64,000 bases of DNA, taken from contig JBFMEZ010000004.1 in the NCBI GenBank assembly GCA_040753215.1, forward strand, positions 4,015 to 68,014. The letters run 5' to 3'. Source of the stretch: Candidatus Micrarchaeota archaeon. Its GTDB lineage: Archaea; Micrarchaeota; Micrarchaeia; Anstonellales; Bilamarchaeaceae. Shown here piece after piece: positions 19,652 to 28,844 of the stretch. Position numbers and translations under genes: made by a program. The notes below the pieces were generated by a model. That model worked only from the letters and a program-made list of their open reading frames with translations. It made no database searches and had not been told where the DNA came from. Numbering within the stretch: the stretch's first letter is position 1; each line of letters starts with the position of its first letter.

Positions 19652-20080
19652 CTACCTCTTGGGCTTCTCCTTCTTCCCGTGCCTCAGGGCCTGCAGGTCC
19701 GCCTCATTCACGCTCACGACCTTGTACCTCACTCCCGGGATTGAGCCCATCTGCCCCCTCTGGGAGCCGCCCAGCCCGGCGATGACCACGGAATCGTGCT
19801 CGTCTATGAGCGTAATCGCCTTGTCCCTGGGAGGGAAGGCAGAAACCACCTTCCCGTTCTTCACAAGCTGCACCTTCACGCACTTGATGAGCCCTGAGTG
19901 CGGCTGCTTCTGCTCCAGCGTTACCTTCTCCAGCACTATTCCGCTCGCCTGCGGCGAGCCCTCCAGCGGGTCGTACTTCTCCTTGAGCTTGAGCGTCCTC
20001 CTCTTCCACCTCTTGGAGAGCCACCTGTGTTTCTTCCTGTTCCGTTTGACATTTCTCCCTGCAAATTCTCCATTACCCAT
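19652..20080 (-). CDS. rps12: 30S ribosomal protein S12
   Basis: [30 protein letters not shown] and IPGVRYKV; start MGNGEFA after GGTGA. Confidence 0.97.
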   Translation of the reverse strand: MGNGEFAGRNVKRNRKKHRWLSKRWKRRTLKLKEKYDPLEGSPQASGIVLEKVTLEQKQPHSGLIKCVKVQLVKNGKVVSAFPPRDKAITLIDEHDSVVIAGLGGSQRGQMGSIPGVRYKVVSVNEADLQALRHGKKEKPKR

Positions 20081-20192
20081 CCTATCACCATAAAGTGAGA
20101 TGACTGCCTCTATCTCCATCAGAGAAGATGAAGATAAGCTCGTAAATTACGTATGGAATGGTTTAAAAACCATATACCGTCAAGAACCACGT

Positions 20193-21506
20193 ATGAGCCT
20201 GCAGATTGAGGGCAAGCCGCGCCCCTTATTCACAATCGCAGCCATACTGCTCATTGGCCTGTTCATAGGCATATCCATACGCAGCCTGGGCTATTTCTGG
20301 GTGATGCTCATCCCCAACCTCTTCCTTCTGGCCCTTACGATGACATTGCTCGTAGTTTTCCTTGAAAAGAAGGAAATCAAAACCCCGCAGCCGGAAAAAT
20401 ACCCGTTACTGTCCGTAATAATCCCCGCCTACAACGTGAAATCCACCATAGAGAAATGCGTAACCGCTGTGAAGGCATCCGATTACCCGGGAGAGATGGA
20501 AATCATAATAGTGGACGACGGCAGCACGGACGGGACAAGGGAGCTCCTCAAGGAAATGGATGGCGTACGGCTCCTCCTGAAGGAAAAGAACGAAGGAAAG
20601 GCCGCCTCCATAAACAAGGGCGCAAGGATTGCAAAAGGGGAGGTGCTCGCCTGCGTGGATTCCGACTCCTATCCGGAACCCGGAGCATTCCGCGATGCGG
20701 TCGCAACGCTGATGAAGAACGATGAAGTGGGCGCAGTAACCTGTTTTATTAGAGTAGAAAATCCCAACTCCCTCCTGAAGAAAATCCAGGATATAGAATA
20801 CCTGACCGGTTTCGGCTTCGCGCAGATAACCAGCCGCGCGATGGACGCCATTTTCGTCACCCCCGGCCCCACGACCATCTTCCGCAAGTCCACTTTCATG
20901 GACGTGGGCGGCTTTGACGAGCAGAACATCACCGAAGACCTGGAGATGGCGTGGAGATTAAGGAGGCACGGCTACAGGATAGAATACACCCCGGACGCGG
21001 TGAGCTACACGGATGTTCCCGGAGACATAAAGAGCTTATTCAGGCAGAGGATGCGCTGGTACAGGGGAAAGCTCTACAACCTCCGCAAATATTCGGATAT
21101 GCTCTTCAACCCAAAATATGGATACTTCGGGATGTTCATGTTCCCATTCTCCTTCACCGCAGAGTTTGCAGGAATTGTCCTCAGCTTCTCCTTCCTCTGG
21201 CTGGTCCTGAACCAGCTAAGCTGGACGGCGCAATACATGCTCTCAAATATCGCATTAAGGGCCCCAATCCTGGACCTCAGCACGATGGTCGTCGTGGGTG
21301 CATCCGTAATCGCCATGGGATTAATCCTCGTGAGCCCCTGGATTCTGGCGGTCTATTTCAGCCACGAAATAGGGAAAAAGAAGTTCAGCTCGGGCGACAT
21401 CCCCCCAACTTTAGTATTCCTTCTGTTCTACGGCACGGTAATCTCATTCTTCTATTGCATAAGCTTCTTCAAGGAAGTAAACCGGAGTGATTACAGATGG
21501 AAGTGA
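20193..21506 (+). CDS. Processive membrane glycosyltransferase family 2 (PgaC / cellulose synthase-like)
   Basis: IIPAYN, DDGSTD, KA, DSD, TED and QRMRW (D,D,D,QxxRW) with flanking TM helices. Confidence 0.92.
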   Translation: MSLQIEGKPRPLFTIAAILLIGLFIGISIRSLGYFWVMLIPNLFLLALTMTLLVVFLEKKEIKTPQPEKYPLLSVIIPAYNVKSTIEKCVTAVKASDYPGEMEIIIVDDGSTDGTRELLKEMDGVRLLLKEKNEGKAASINKGARIAKGEVLACVDSDSYPEPGAFRDAVATLMKNDEVGAVTCFIRVENPNSLLKKIQDIEYLTGFGFAQITSRAMDAIFVTPGPTTIFRKSTFMDVGGFDEQNITEDLEMAWRLRRHGYRIEYTPDAVSYTDVPGDIKSLFRQRMRWYRGKLYNLRKYSDMLFNPKYGYFGMFMFPFSFTAEFAGIVLSFSFLWLVLNQLSWTAQYMLSNIALRAPILDLSTMVVVGASVIAMGLILVSPWILAVYFSHEIGKKKFSSGDIPPTLVFLLFYGTVISFFYCISFFKEVNRSDYRWK

Positions 21507-22153
21507 GCAGGAACATCCTCGCAAAGGCGGCAATAATCACAATCCTATTGTTCGCCATCTCCATCTTCGTTGGTTATCAAATAGAGTCCAACAGCTACGC
21601 AGCCACCGAGGCCCGCCTCTCAGACATGGAGCAGGACATGGAAAACACGCTCCTATTTACCTTATTCCTGCAGACGCATAATGATTCTTCCGTATGCACC
21701 GTCCTCAACGAACAATTGAACGAAACCGCCCAGCACGCCTACAACCTTTACGGAGAATTGGAAGAGAGCAGGAGCACAAGCGTCTTCTTCGGCGGCTACA
21801 ATGAACTTAGGGAAAAGTACTTCCTTGCAAACATGCGCTTTTACCTTATGCTAAGGGAATATTCCCAGGCATGCAACGACACGAGCGTAAAGCCCATCCT
21901 CTTCTTCTATTCCGCATACAACGACTGCCCTGCCTGCGTGGCGCAGGGAAGGGTTCTGGACCAGGTAAGGGCGGAATGCCCGAACGCAAGAGTATATGCA
22001 TTCCCTGCGGATGTGGAAGAAATATCCATGATTAAGACCTTCAAATCCTATTATAGGATAACCTCCACTCCTGTATTGGTGATAGATGACCAGAAATACG
22101 GAACCCTCCTCACAAAAGACCAGATAGAAAGCAGGATTGGGTGCGCGGATTGA
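21497..22153 (+). CDS. Membrane-anchored protein with C-terminal thioredoxin-like domain
   Basis: N-terminal TM helix, CPAC motif and TP cis-Pro-like motif; overlaps the GT2 stop. Confidence 0.7.
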   Translation: MEVSRNILAKAAIITILLFAISIFVGYQIESNSYAATEARLSDMEQDMENTLLFTLFLQTHNDSSVCTVLNEQLNETAQHAYNLYGELEESRSTSVFFGGYNELREKYFLANMRFYLMLREYSQACNDTSVKPILFFYSAYNDCPACVAQGRVLDQVRAECPNARVYAFPADVEEISMIKTFKSYYRITSTPVLVIDDQKYGTLLTKDQIESRIGCAD

Positions 22154-22494
22154 GCTTTCCAGCCATACGCTACTGGATAATCGCATGGATTTTTTCAATT
22201 CTTTTTGGAGAGATAATCGGCCCGCTCCTCGCCGGCCACGCCCTTCCCCTGCTCAGCTATCCGCTCTTCATGATTGTTTATTATGGGGCATTATCCCTTA
22301 TTTTCTCATTAGTAGTACAAAGATTGGGAAAATCCTCTCTAGCAGTATTCTTCGTATACGGTGTTCTTGCTGAGCTGTTTCTTTTCCACAACATAACCGG
22401 CTTTACGGACATAGCCGGAATCCTGTTCTTCGGGGCATTTTATGTATTCTTATTCGGGGTTCCAATCTGGATAACTAAAAAAATAAGCCACTAA
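22141..22494 (+). CDS. Small hypothetical membrane protein
   Basis: About 4 hydrophobic segments; overlaps the upstream gene; AT-richer than its flanks. Confidence 0.6.
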   Translation: MRGLSFPAIRYWIIAWIFSILFGEIIGPLLAGHALPLLSYPLFMIVYYGALSLIFSLVVQRLGKSSLAVFFVYGVLAELFLFHNITGFTDIAGILFFGAFYVFLFGVPIWITKKISH

Positions 22495-22919
22495 ACGGTC
22501 CTCCTCGTCTTCAGGAATATGTCCGCCCCGAACTTCCTCTTCATTATCGCCTTGAGGGATTTTATCCGCATCCCTTCCTTCCCTATCGCAATCCCCCTCT
22601 GCACGTCGGCTATTGTGATGAAAAGCGCGACCTGCCCCGGCGCCTCCCTCCTCTCCACGTCCAGAATCTGCACGTTGTTCAAAAACCCGCGCAGGAAATC
22701 CTCCTCGTTGTCCGCATCCCTCGCAATCATCACGTTCCCGCCGAGCTTCGCCCTGAGCTTCTTTATGTTCGCCCCTTCCTTGCCTATCGCCTTGCCGAGC
22801 ATCATCGGCTCAACAAGGAATACGTAGTTCTTCCCTTCCCTTACCATGTCCGTGGGGATTACCCCGCAGATTGATGCGAACAGGTTTATTATCCCCAGCT
22901 CGTCCTCGCTAATCTCCAA
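22491..22919 (-). CDS. nusA: Archaeal NusA (two KH domains)
   Basis: GKAIGKEGANIK and GIAIGKEG; located after L30e. Confidence 0.93.
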   Translation of the reverse strand: MEISEDELGIINLFASICGVIPTDMVREGKNYVFLVEPMMLGKAIGKEGANIKKLRAKLGGNVMIARDADNEEDFLRGFLNNVQILDVERREAPGQVALFITIADVQRGIAIGKEGMRIKSLKAIMKRKFGADIFLKTRRTV

Positions 22920-22928
22920 GGGCTCAAC

Positions 22929-23450
22929 TCACTTCTTCTTCGCAAAATCAAGTATGTTCGAAACGCCCTCGTTCCTCACGGTCAGCACGAGCACCGGGAA
23001 AGGCCTTCCGCATATGGAGCCCATCTCCATGCTGGTGCCCGGATACTCCACGACCGGGATTCGCGAGAGCTTCCCGTACTTCTCCACGTCCTCCCTGAGC
23101 CCCCTGGGCGCATTCCTCGCAACCAGCACCATCTTCGTTTTCCCCAGCAGGAGGTCCCTTATGCCGGTCTTGGAGCCGAACTCCACCTTGCCGCTCTCCA
23201 CCGCAAGCCTCAGCGCCGCGGAAAGGGGATTCTCCCTCTCCTTCAGGCTCTTCCTCTTGCGCACAACCTCCTTCTTCTCCCTCTTCGCCCTTCCCCGCTT
23301 CTTTGTTTCCTGAACCAAACCTCCGCCCTCTTTGCCCACTCCTGCTCTGGAGGTTTGGTTCACCGGTTTCCCGCCTCCGGTTTCCGGTGCCCCGGATTCC
23401 TCTTCAGGAAACTCAGCCGTTTCCGGCCTCTCTTCCTTTTTTTCTGCCAT
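22929..23450 (-). CDS. rpl30e: 50S ribosomal protein L30e with a long N-terminal extension containing repeat insertions
   Basis: LAVESGKVEFG, MEMGSICGRPF and EGVSNIL; about 75 extra N-terminal residues. Confidence 0.94.
   Translation of the reverse strand: MAEKKEERPETAEFPEEESGAPETGGGKPVNQTSRAGVGKEGGGLVQETKKRGRAKREKKEVVRKRKSLKERENPLSAALRLAVESGKVEFGSKTGIRDLLLGKTKMVLVARNAPRGLREDVEKYGKLSRIPVVEYPGTSMEMGSICGRPFPVLVLTVRNEGVSNILDFAKKK
23311..23362. repeat. Palindromic element family P, copy 1 (in frame inside rpl30e)
   Basis: TGAACCAAACCTCC...GGAGGTTTGGTTCA, perfect 14-bp inverted repeat; homologous to 49271-49323 and 62115-62169. Confidence 0.9.
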
Positions 23451-23463
23451 TCACAACACCTGC

Positions 23464-24486
23464 CTATTTCCCTGCCTTCATGCTCAGCCTCATCCTTCCG
23501 GTCCCTATCGGGATGGTCTGCCCCACGATTATGTTCTCCGTGACGCCCACGAGGTTGTCCTCTTCCGCGGTGACCGCAGCGTTCACGAGGTGCTTCATCG
23601 TCTCCTCGAACGCGGCCCTCCCCAGCACCCCCGCCTTCTCGCCGCTCAGCCCGTGCCTGCCTATGGATTTCACTTTCCCGTCAGCGCACATGGCGTCCGC
23701 AAGCAGCATTATGTGCCTGGGGTCGACGAACAGGTTCTGCATCTCCATGACCTGCCTTATCTCAAATACGAGCGCGTTCCTTGCGGCCTCCACGCCGAAT
23801 ATCTTCAGTATCTCCATCACGTTGTTGGTATAGATGCGCTCCGGGTCCACTTCGGCCCTCAGCACCACGTCCCTTATGTTGAACCCGCTCGCCCTCACGA
23901 AATACTCGTCCTTCCCCCTGACGACCACCGCCCTCCTTATGCCCGCAATACCCTTCACGAGCGTCTTCCCCAGCTTCACCCCGAGCCTCCTCATCGCCCT
24001 GAGCACGGGCTCGTCGCCCTCCTTCTTCACCTTCACCGCAAAGGTTCTCTCGTCCTCCTTCGTGACCTCTATGTTTCCGGCCGCCTTCTTCAGCGCCTTC
24101 TCAACCATCGAGGGGGTTACGTGCAGTGCCTTGGCATCCTCCCCCCTGACAGCGACCCTTATGGTTCTCCTCCCCATCTCCTCGTTTATGTCCGCGACTT
24201 CCGAGAGGGTGATGGACTCTATCTCCTCCGCGAATTCCCTGACCTTGCCTTCGCTCCTCGCATAGCTCGCCTTCAGGTAGATGTTGATGAGCGGCTTCTT
24301 CGGCTCCTTCTTCGCGTCCACAAGCTCGATGAGCCGCGGGAGGCCCGTGGGCACGTGCTCAGCCACTCCGGCGTAGTGGAAGGTCCTCATCGTCATCTGC
24401 GTGCCCGGCTCGCCCAGGCTCTGCGCGGCGACTATCCCCGCAGCGGAATACGGGTTTATGACAGCTTTCTTGTTCATCATTCCCAC
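23464..24486 (-). CDS. rpoA2: DNA-directed RNA polymerase subunit A2 (Rpo1C)
   Basis: AAQSLGEPGTQMTMRTFHYAG, GLPRLIE, RHIMLLAD, RAAFEET and IGTG. Confidence 0.97.
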   Translation of the reverse strand: MGMMNKKAVINPYSAAGIVAAQSLGEPGTQMTMRTFHYAGVAEHVPTGLPRLIELVDAKKEPKKPLINIYLKASYARSEGKVREFAEEIESITLSEVADINEEMGRRTIRVAVRGEDAKALHVTPSMVEKALKKAAGNIEVTKEDERTFAVKVKKEGDEPVLRAMRRLGVKLGKTLVKGIAGIRRAVVVRGKDEYFVRASGFNIRDVVLRAEVDPERIYTNNVMEILKIFGVEAARNALVFEIRQVMEMQNLFVDPRHIMLLADAMCADGKVKSIGRHGLSGEKAGVLGRAAFEETMKHLVNAAVTAEEDNLVGVTENIIVGQTIPIGTGRMRLSMKAGK

Positions 24487-26958
24487 CTACACTGTATCAA
24501 CATCATCCTGCTTTGCCACATCCGCATATTTCGTGCTTGCGGCCAGCATCGGGTCCTTCGCGTCCCCGCCGTAATTGAACTGGATCACCGCGCCCCTCCC
24601 GTTCCTCACGGTAAGGTCGTCGTCCACCACGAGGTCCTGCATCGCGTGGATGAGCCTCCTCTGCATGTACCCGCTCCTCGCCGTCCTTATTGCGGTGTTG
24701 ACCAGCGATTCCCTCCCTCCCATTGAGTGGTGGAAGAAATCGTCCGCCCTGAGCCCCTTCCTGAACGATGCGAACACGAACCCCCTCTCCCTCCCGGTGA
24801 GCGCGCCCCTCCTGTAGAACGGCAGCGTCCTTCTCGAATACCCGCGGGTGAGCCTCTTGCTCCTGACCGCCTGCTGCCCGAGCATGGCGGACATCTGTAT
24901 CGCGTTCAGCAGGCTCCCCCTCGCGCCTATCTTCGCCATGATTATCGAGGAGTTCTCCATCCCGAGGTCGCCCTCCACCACCTTCCCGACCTCGTCCCTC
25001 GCCCTGCTCGCGACCATCATTATGTTCCCTTCCAGCGTCTCCTTGAGCGTGAGCCCCGGCGACCTCTCCAGCTTCCCGTTCTTGTACTGCATTATGAGGT
25101 TTTCTATCTCCCTGTTCGACCTGTCCTCTATCTCCTTCACCTTCTTCCCCGCGTTCGCGCTCAGCGAATAGTTCTTCATGGAAACGCTCATCCCCCTCCA
25201 TGACAGCGCCTCCAGGCATATGTTCGTCACGTTGTCCAGGAATTCCCTTGCCGCGCGGGAGCCGTGCTTCACGAAAATCTGCTCCAGGAGCTCGCTCTCC
25301 AGCGCCCTGCTCTCCACCGCGCCCTTCACAAGCTCGCCGTCCCTGATGACGACCTCCTCACCGAGCTTTGACTTCACTTTCGTGTTCAGCCCCTTCGGGA
25401 GGAGCATGGAGAACAGCTTCTTCCCCTCATACATCCCGTTCCTGTCCGGCTTCGGCAGCTCCTTTATCCCCGCGGTGAGCAGCAGCCTCGACGCCTCCTC
25501 CTTCGTGAATGCCGACCCGTCCTTCGTGAAGAAGTATGATGCGGAAACGTGGTCCTCCTGCGGCTTTATTATCGCGTGCCCATGCCTCGGCGAGATTATC
25601 TGGTCCTCGACCTTCATGAGGTACCTCGCCTCCGCCTGCGCCTCCTGCGTCTGCAGCACGTGCAGGTTCATCTCATCCCCGTCGTAGTCCGCGTTGTACG
25701 GGGGCGTCACCGTGGGGTTCAGCCTGAAGGTCCTTCCCGGCACCACCCTCACCTCGTGCGCCATCATCGAAATCCTGTGAAGCGACGGCTGCCTGTTGAA
25801 CAGCACAACGTCCCCGTCCCTGAGCTGCCTCTCCACCGCCCACCCCACCTTCAGCTCCTCCGCCATCTGCTCGCGCATCTCGTCGGGTATCTTTATCTTC
25901 TTGCCGTCCGGCCTGAGCATGTACAGCGCCTTCGGGTATTCCTTTGAGCGCACGTACTTCCTGCACTCCTCCGCGTTCCACTCCGTTACCTGCACCGGCA
26001 CCGTGAGCTCCTCCGCAACCGCGGGCGGCACCCCCACCTCATCAATCCTGAGCCTCGGGTCCGGGGAGATGACGGTCCTCGCCGAGAAGTTCACCCTCTT
26101 CCCCAGGAGGTTGTACCTGAACCTCCCCTCCTTCCCCTTCAGCCTCTGCGCGAGCGTCTTCAGCGCCCTCCCGCTCCTGTGCCGCGCCGGCGGGATGTTC
26201 GCGGTCTCGTTGTTCATGTATGTGGTAACATGGTACTGCAGCAGCTCCCAGAGGTCCTCGATAATCAGCTGGGGCGCGCCGGCGTTTATGTTCGCCTCCA
26301 GCTTCTGGTTTATCCTGATTATGTCCACCAGCTTGTGCGTCAGGTCGTCCTCGCTCCTCTCCCCGCTCTCCAGCGTGATGGACGGCCGTATGTTCACCGG
26401 CGGGACGAGCAGCACCGAGAGTATGCCCCACTCCGGCCTGGCGAAATCCGGGTCGTACCCAAGCTTCCTCAGGTCGTCGTTCGGGATCCCGGCCAGCCAG
26501 TCCCTTATGTCGGTCGGGAGCATCTGCACGTTGTCCCTGAAGAAGGTTGCGGGCTTGAGGAATTTTATGTCCGGGATTTTCGCCCCGCAGTTCGGGCACT
26601 CCCCCTTCGCCTTCCTCCCGCTCGCCTCCACCACCCTCTTGCATTCCGGGCAGGCGGTCTTCAGTATGTTGTAGATGTATTTCGCGAGCTCCACGTGTAT
26701 CACCGGCCTCACGAGCTCTATGTGCCCGAAATGCCCCGGGCACTCCTTCACGCGCCCCCCGCACGTCTTGCACCTCAGCCCCGGGTCCACCACCCCGAGC
26801 CTCGAGTCCACGAGCCCGCCGTCTATGGGATACCCGTCGTCATCATATGTATCCGGTATTATCACCCGCGCGGCCGAAATCTTCCTGACCATGTCAGGCG
26901 AGAAAAGTGAGAACTTTATCTTTCCTATGACTTTTTCTATATCTTCCATAGATACCAC
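24487..26958 (-). CDS. rpoA1: DNA-directed RNA polymerase subunit A1 (Rpo1N)
   Basis: CPGHFGHIEL, GKRVNFSARTVI, NRQPSLH, NADYDGDEMN and TARSGYMQRRL. Confidence 0.98.
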   Translation of the reverse strand: MVSMEDIEKVIGKIKFSLFSPDMVRKISAARVIIPDTYDDDGYPIDGGLVDSRLGVVDPGLRCKTCGGRVKECPGHFGHIELVRPVIHVELAKYIYNILKTACPECKRVVEASGRKAKGECPNCGAKIPDIKFLKPATFFRDNVQMLPTDIRDWLAGIPNDDLRKLGYDPDFARPEWGILSVLLVPPVNIRPSITLESGERSEDDLTHKLVDIIRINQKLEANINAGAPQLIIEDLWELLQYHVTTYMNNETANIPPARHRSGRALKTLAQRLKGKEGRFRYNLLGKRVNFSARTVISPDPRLRIDEVGVPPAVAEELTVPVQVTEWNAEECRKYVRSKEYPKALYMLRPDGKKIKIPDEMREQMAEELKVGWAVERQLRDGDVVLFNRQPSLHRISMMAHEVRVVPGRTFRLNPTVTPPYNADYDGDEMNLHVLQTQEAQAEARYLMKVEDQIISPRHGHAIIKPQEDHVSASYFFTKDGSAFTKEEASRLLLTAGIKELPKPDRNGMYEGKKLFSMLLPKGLNTKVKSKLGEEVVIRDGELVKGAVESRALESELLEQIFVKHGSRAAREFLDNVTNICLEALSWRGMSVSMKNYSLSANAGKKVKEIEDRSNREIENLIMQYKNGKLERSPGLTLKETLEGNIMMVASRARDEVGKVVEGDLGMENSSIIMAKIGARGSLLNAIQMSAMLGQQAVRSKRLTRGYSRRTLPFYRRGALTGRERGFVFASFRKGLRADDFFHHSMGGRESLVNTAIRTARSGYMQRRLIHAMQDLVVDDDLTVRNGRGAVIQFNYGGDAKDPMLAASTKYADVAKQDDVDTV

Positions 26959-26959
26959 T

Positions 26960-28801
26960 TCACGCCTTCTCTTCCAGTATTATCCTCGGGAATATGAACA
27001 TGGACCTTATCTCCCCGAGCAGCAGCTTGAACGCATAGCTCATCTCGATGGGCACCACGTCGCTGCTCCCGCAGAGCGAGCACACGTTCTTGTTCTTTAT
27101 CAGGTCGTGGTGCGCGAGCATCCCGCACTCCTGGCACACGTGCTGCACTGTCTTGTCGCTCTCCTCCAGCAGCCTCTCCCTCACTACCATGCTCGCCCCG
27201 TACCCTATGAGGCAGTCCCTTTCCATCTCGCCGAACCTGAGCCCTCCCTCCCTCGCCCTCCCTTCGGTTGGCTGCAGGGTGAGCAGCTGCACAGGCCCCC
27301 TGCTCCTCGCGTGCATCTTGTTCGAGACGAGGTGGTGCAGCCTCTGGTAATAAACCGGCCCGATGAACAGCTTCATCTTTACCCTCTTCCCCGTAATGCC
27401 GTCGTAAAGCCACTCCTCGCCGTACTCGTCCATCCCCCTCTCCTTCAGCATCTTCACATAGTCCTCTTCGGTATTCCCCGTGAATGCGGTCCCGTCCATC
27501 ACGCTCCCGCCCATCGCCCCCGCCTTCGCGCCCAGCGTTTCCAGCAGGTGCCCCGCGGTCATCCTTGATGGGATGGCGTGCGGGTTCAGTATCAGGTCCG
27601 GCACAATCCCGTCCTTCGTGAAGGGCATGTCCTCCTGCGGGAGCACCAGCCCTATCACGCCCTTCTGCCCGTGCCTCGATGCGAACTTGTCCCCGACCTC
27701 CGGGGCCTTCGCGCTCCTCACCCTTATCTTCACGAGGCGGTTCCCGCTGGGCGCCTCCGTGACCATCACGGAATCGATGACGCCCTTCTCCCCGCCCTTC
27801 AGCGAAAGGGAGCTCTCCCGCTTCTTCTCCTCCACAACCCCGAATACGGAAATCTCCTCCAGGAACCTCGGTGGAGACGTCTTCCCCACCAGGACCGCCT
27901 TCCCCTCCACCCTGCTCTCGGGGTGCGCTATGCCGTCGTCGTCCAGGTGCCTGTACGCCTCCTCGCCCCTGAACCCCACGGTGTCCGGGCCCGGTATCTC
28001 AATCTTGTCCTTCTGCCCGCCGGGGTAGAGCCTCTCCTCCGCTTCGTACGTCTTGAACATCATCACCCTGCCCAGCCCCCGGTCTATCGCGCTCCTGTTC
28101 ACCACCACCCCGTCCCCCATGTTGTAGCCCTTGTAGGTGGTGATTGCGACTATGAAATTCTGCCCGGCCGCCTTCTTGTCCATGTTCAGAACGCTGTACG
28201 CGTCCGTCTGCACAAGCGGCTTCTGCGGGTAATACATTATGTACGAGCGCGTGTCGAATCTCTGCGTGAAGTTGGTCGCGTACACCCCGAGGGACTGCTT
28301 CGCCATCGAGCACGCCATCGTTATCCTGGGGCCGGAATTGTGCTCCGGGTAGGGCAGCACCGAAGACGTCACCCCGAATATAGCCGAAGGCACCGCCTCG
28401 AGGTGCGTGTGCTCGGGCGTCATCTCCTCCTCGCTCAGCGCTATGTACGCATTCTCCTCCTCCTCTGCATCGAGGTACTCGATTACGCCCATCTTTATGA
28501 GGTGCTCCCATGTGAGCTGCCCCGCCTGCAGCTTCTTCAGTATCTCCGCCGTCAGGCGGCTCTTCCCGCCCTCCACGACCACGTAGGGCTTCCTCACCCT
28601 GCCCGCGTCCGTGTTTATGTGTATCTCGTTCGCCCTCTCGTTGTAATACACGTTTACCTCGTAATTCAGCTCGTTCGTCCTCCTCTTTTCCCTTATCCTG
28701 GAAACCAGCCCCTCCCCTTCCGCATGGAAGCCCACAAGGTTCCCGTTCACATAGATTGCGCACTTCCCCCTTCTCCTCTTCTTCTTTTTTTCTTCAGCCA
28801 T
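26960..28801 (-). CDS. rpoB1: DNA-directed RNA polymerase subunit B, C-terminal half (Rpo2C)
   Basis: GDKFASRHGQKG, NPHAIPSRMT, GGLRFGEMERD and a Zn ribbon. Confidence 0.97.
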   Translation of the reverse strand: MAEEKKKKRRRGKCAIYVNGNLVGFHAEGEGLVSRIREKRRTNELNYEVNVYYNERANEIHINTDAGRVRKPYVVVEGGKSRLTAEILKKLQAGQLTWEHLIKMGVIEYLDAEEEENAYIALSEEEMTPEHTHLEAVPSAIFGVTSSVLPYPEHNSGPRITMACSMAKQSLGVYATNFTQRFDTRSYIMYYPQKPLVQTDAYSVLNMDKKAAGQNFIVAITTYKGYNMGDGVVVNRSAIDRGLGRVMMFKTYEAEERLYPGGQKDKIEIPGPDTVGFRGEEAYRHLDDDGIAHPESRVEGKAVLVGKTSPPRFLEEISVFGVVEEKKRESSLSLKGGEKGVIDSVMVTEAPSGNRLVKIRVRSAKAPEVGDKFASRHGQKGVIGLVLPQEDMPFTKDGIVPDLILNPHAIPSRMTAGHLLETLGAKAGAMGGSVMDGTAFTGNTEEDYVKMLKERGMDEYGEEWLYDGITGKRVKMKLFIGPVYYQRLHHLVSNKMHARSRGPVQLLTLQPTEGRAREGGLRFGEMERDCLIGYGASMVVRERLLEESDKTVQHVCQECGMLAHHDLIKNKNVCSLCGSSDVVPIEMSYAFKLLLGEIRSMFIFPRIILEEKA

Positions 28802-28844
28802 AAGTACGCACCTGCTTCCGTTTACGGTTTCCTCACCGGCCCCG

